DNA of 63,559 bases, filler included, from Octopus bimaculoides (taxonomy: Eukaryota), in assembly GCF_001194135.2 (NCBI RefSeq). It is 4 parts of 4 records of this genome, joined end to end, with 100 filler letters (N's around TTAATTAATTAA, not from the genome) between each part and the next. Parts side by side here need not be neighbours in the genome. Positions count along the whole stretch, not along the records: positions 53,728 to 63,559 come from NC_068983.1; 3 more parts are not named here. One strand, given 5' to 3'. Both the position numbers and the translations under genes were made by a program. Below the pieces are notes generated by a model. It was not told the DNA's origin. It did no database searches and saw nothing but the letters and a program-made list of their open reading frames with translations. Positions 62,247-63,559 of this stretch are shown here, in pieces. Each line of letters begins with the position of its first letter. Position 1 is the first letter of the stretch.

Positions 62247-63133
62247 CTGAATATTCGGGCTAAATTTGGTGATTTTCTATGTGTCCCTTCTCCCAAAACA
62301 GCTTAATATGTTGGTGAACAGTCAACGGCGTCGAAGAGCATAACGATTAAAGTTGTAGTTCAGAAAAAGATAGGTGACATTTGGGGCTGGAAGTTATCTG
62401 AATATTGAAAAAAGAATTACTTGTACTATAATGATTCATACCGAGTATCAAGATACTGACATTGCAACGACTGTTCAGTTCTTTATGAACATTGTAAAGA
62501 CTACAAGATGTGATGTGGACAACTGTAACGAAGGCTACAAAGCCGTGGCCAGCAGGTAGGGACACAATAGGCGTTCAGATTTAGTCTGCACGCCAAACGT
62601 CATCCCCATATTTATGAATTAGACCTTAGGCTCAATTCAAATAGCTATGTGGACACTGTAGTCAATCCCTGACCGGAGAGAGTTGCTGTTGGAAGACCAT
62701 ATGTGTGGCAGCAGGATTCAATTCCTTCTTATATCTCTGGAAAGAGTCAGAAGTGGTTGTCGGAGAAATTCTATGACTTCATCAGCCCCAATTTTTGGCC
62801 TCCTAATTCTCTCGATTTCAGTCGCATGGATTACTATGTGTGCGGCGCGGTTGAGAAAGCCGCCAACCGCTTTGCCTGCAATACTAAGGCCATGTCCAAA
62901 GTAGTGCTCCTAAAGCTTCCACAAAACATAATGCGAAACGCATGCCCCAGATTCCGGAGCCGTTTTGAGGTTGTGGTAGAAACTGAGAGCGGTTACTTTG
63001 AGCAAACTGTTAACTCTCAGTCGTAATGTAGTTGATATTTTTTTGACTTTTTAAAATACCTTTATTTTTTTAATGAAATATTGTGTTTTCTTTTCTTAAT
63101 ATATAAACTGTCAAATTTATCCCGAGCACCTTG
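62247..63133 (+). mobile_element. maT (DD37D)-type Tc1/mariner element, internally deleted
   Basis: ..VVNP*PERVAVGRPYVWQQDSIPSY..WPPNSLDFSRMDYYVCG..GYFE; right TIR CTGTCAAATTTATCCCGAGCACCTTG|TA; degenerate left TIR after TA at 62247. Confidence 0.85.
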
Positions 63134-63307
63134 TAGTTCGGTTGATCGTATAACTAGAACTCTCCTCGTTGAAATTGTCTATGAATCAATTTACATTTCA
63201 CAAAGATATTTAATGAGTCATTCGTTGTTTCCATTCTATTTAGTTGGGTTATTTTCGATAATGTTCTGCCATTTCGTTAAATACATAATATTATAGTTAG
63301 AAAGACT

Positions 63308-63360
<53 letters not shown>

Positions 63361-63559
63361 GTATATATAATAATATTAGGGACAAAATATATATATATGT
63401 ATATATATATATCATGTATATGTATGTATGTATGTATATATACATATATATATGTTGCATATATATAGCTATCTCTCCTCTCTCAGCCTATACACATACA
63501 TATGTATACATATACATATACATATACACAGCACACACACGTACACACACACTCACATA

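Overview
AT-rich, microsatellite-dense animal DNA. The SINE repertoire and repeat load fit an octopus-like cephalopod draft assembly; this is inferred from recalled repeat families, not from a search. The window is not one contiguous locus: three identical 100-bp spacers (44 N + TTAATTAATTAA + 44 N, at 25076, 46389 and 53628) join four separate scaffolds. No host protein-coding gene, rRNA, tRNA gene or CRISPR array can be supported, and nearly all ORFs in the supplied track are microsatellite or N-run artefacts. Recognisable content: dozens of tRNA-derived and RTE-tailed SINE copies; decayed Penelope-like (GIY-YIG), R4/Dong-type (RLE) and RTE retroelement fragments; Tc1, mariner, maT and hAT DNA transposons; and MITEs. 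Main points of interest: (1) several minimal hammerhead-ribozyme motifs of the Penelope type, one with an apparently compensatory G3-C8 swap in the catalytic core (32614-32669); (2) a Penelope copy with a twin-priming-like 5' inversion; (3) a perfect RFX X-box in a CpG-retaining segment just upstream of a roughly 20-kb CpG-depleted domain that looks like a methylated gene body; (4) a pre-miRNA-like hairpin.
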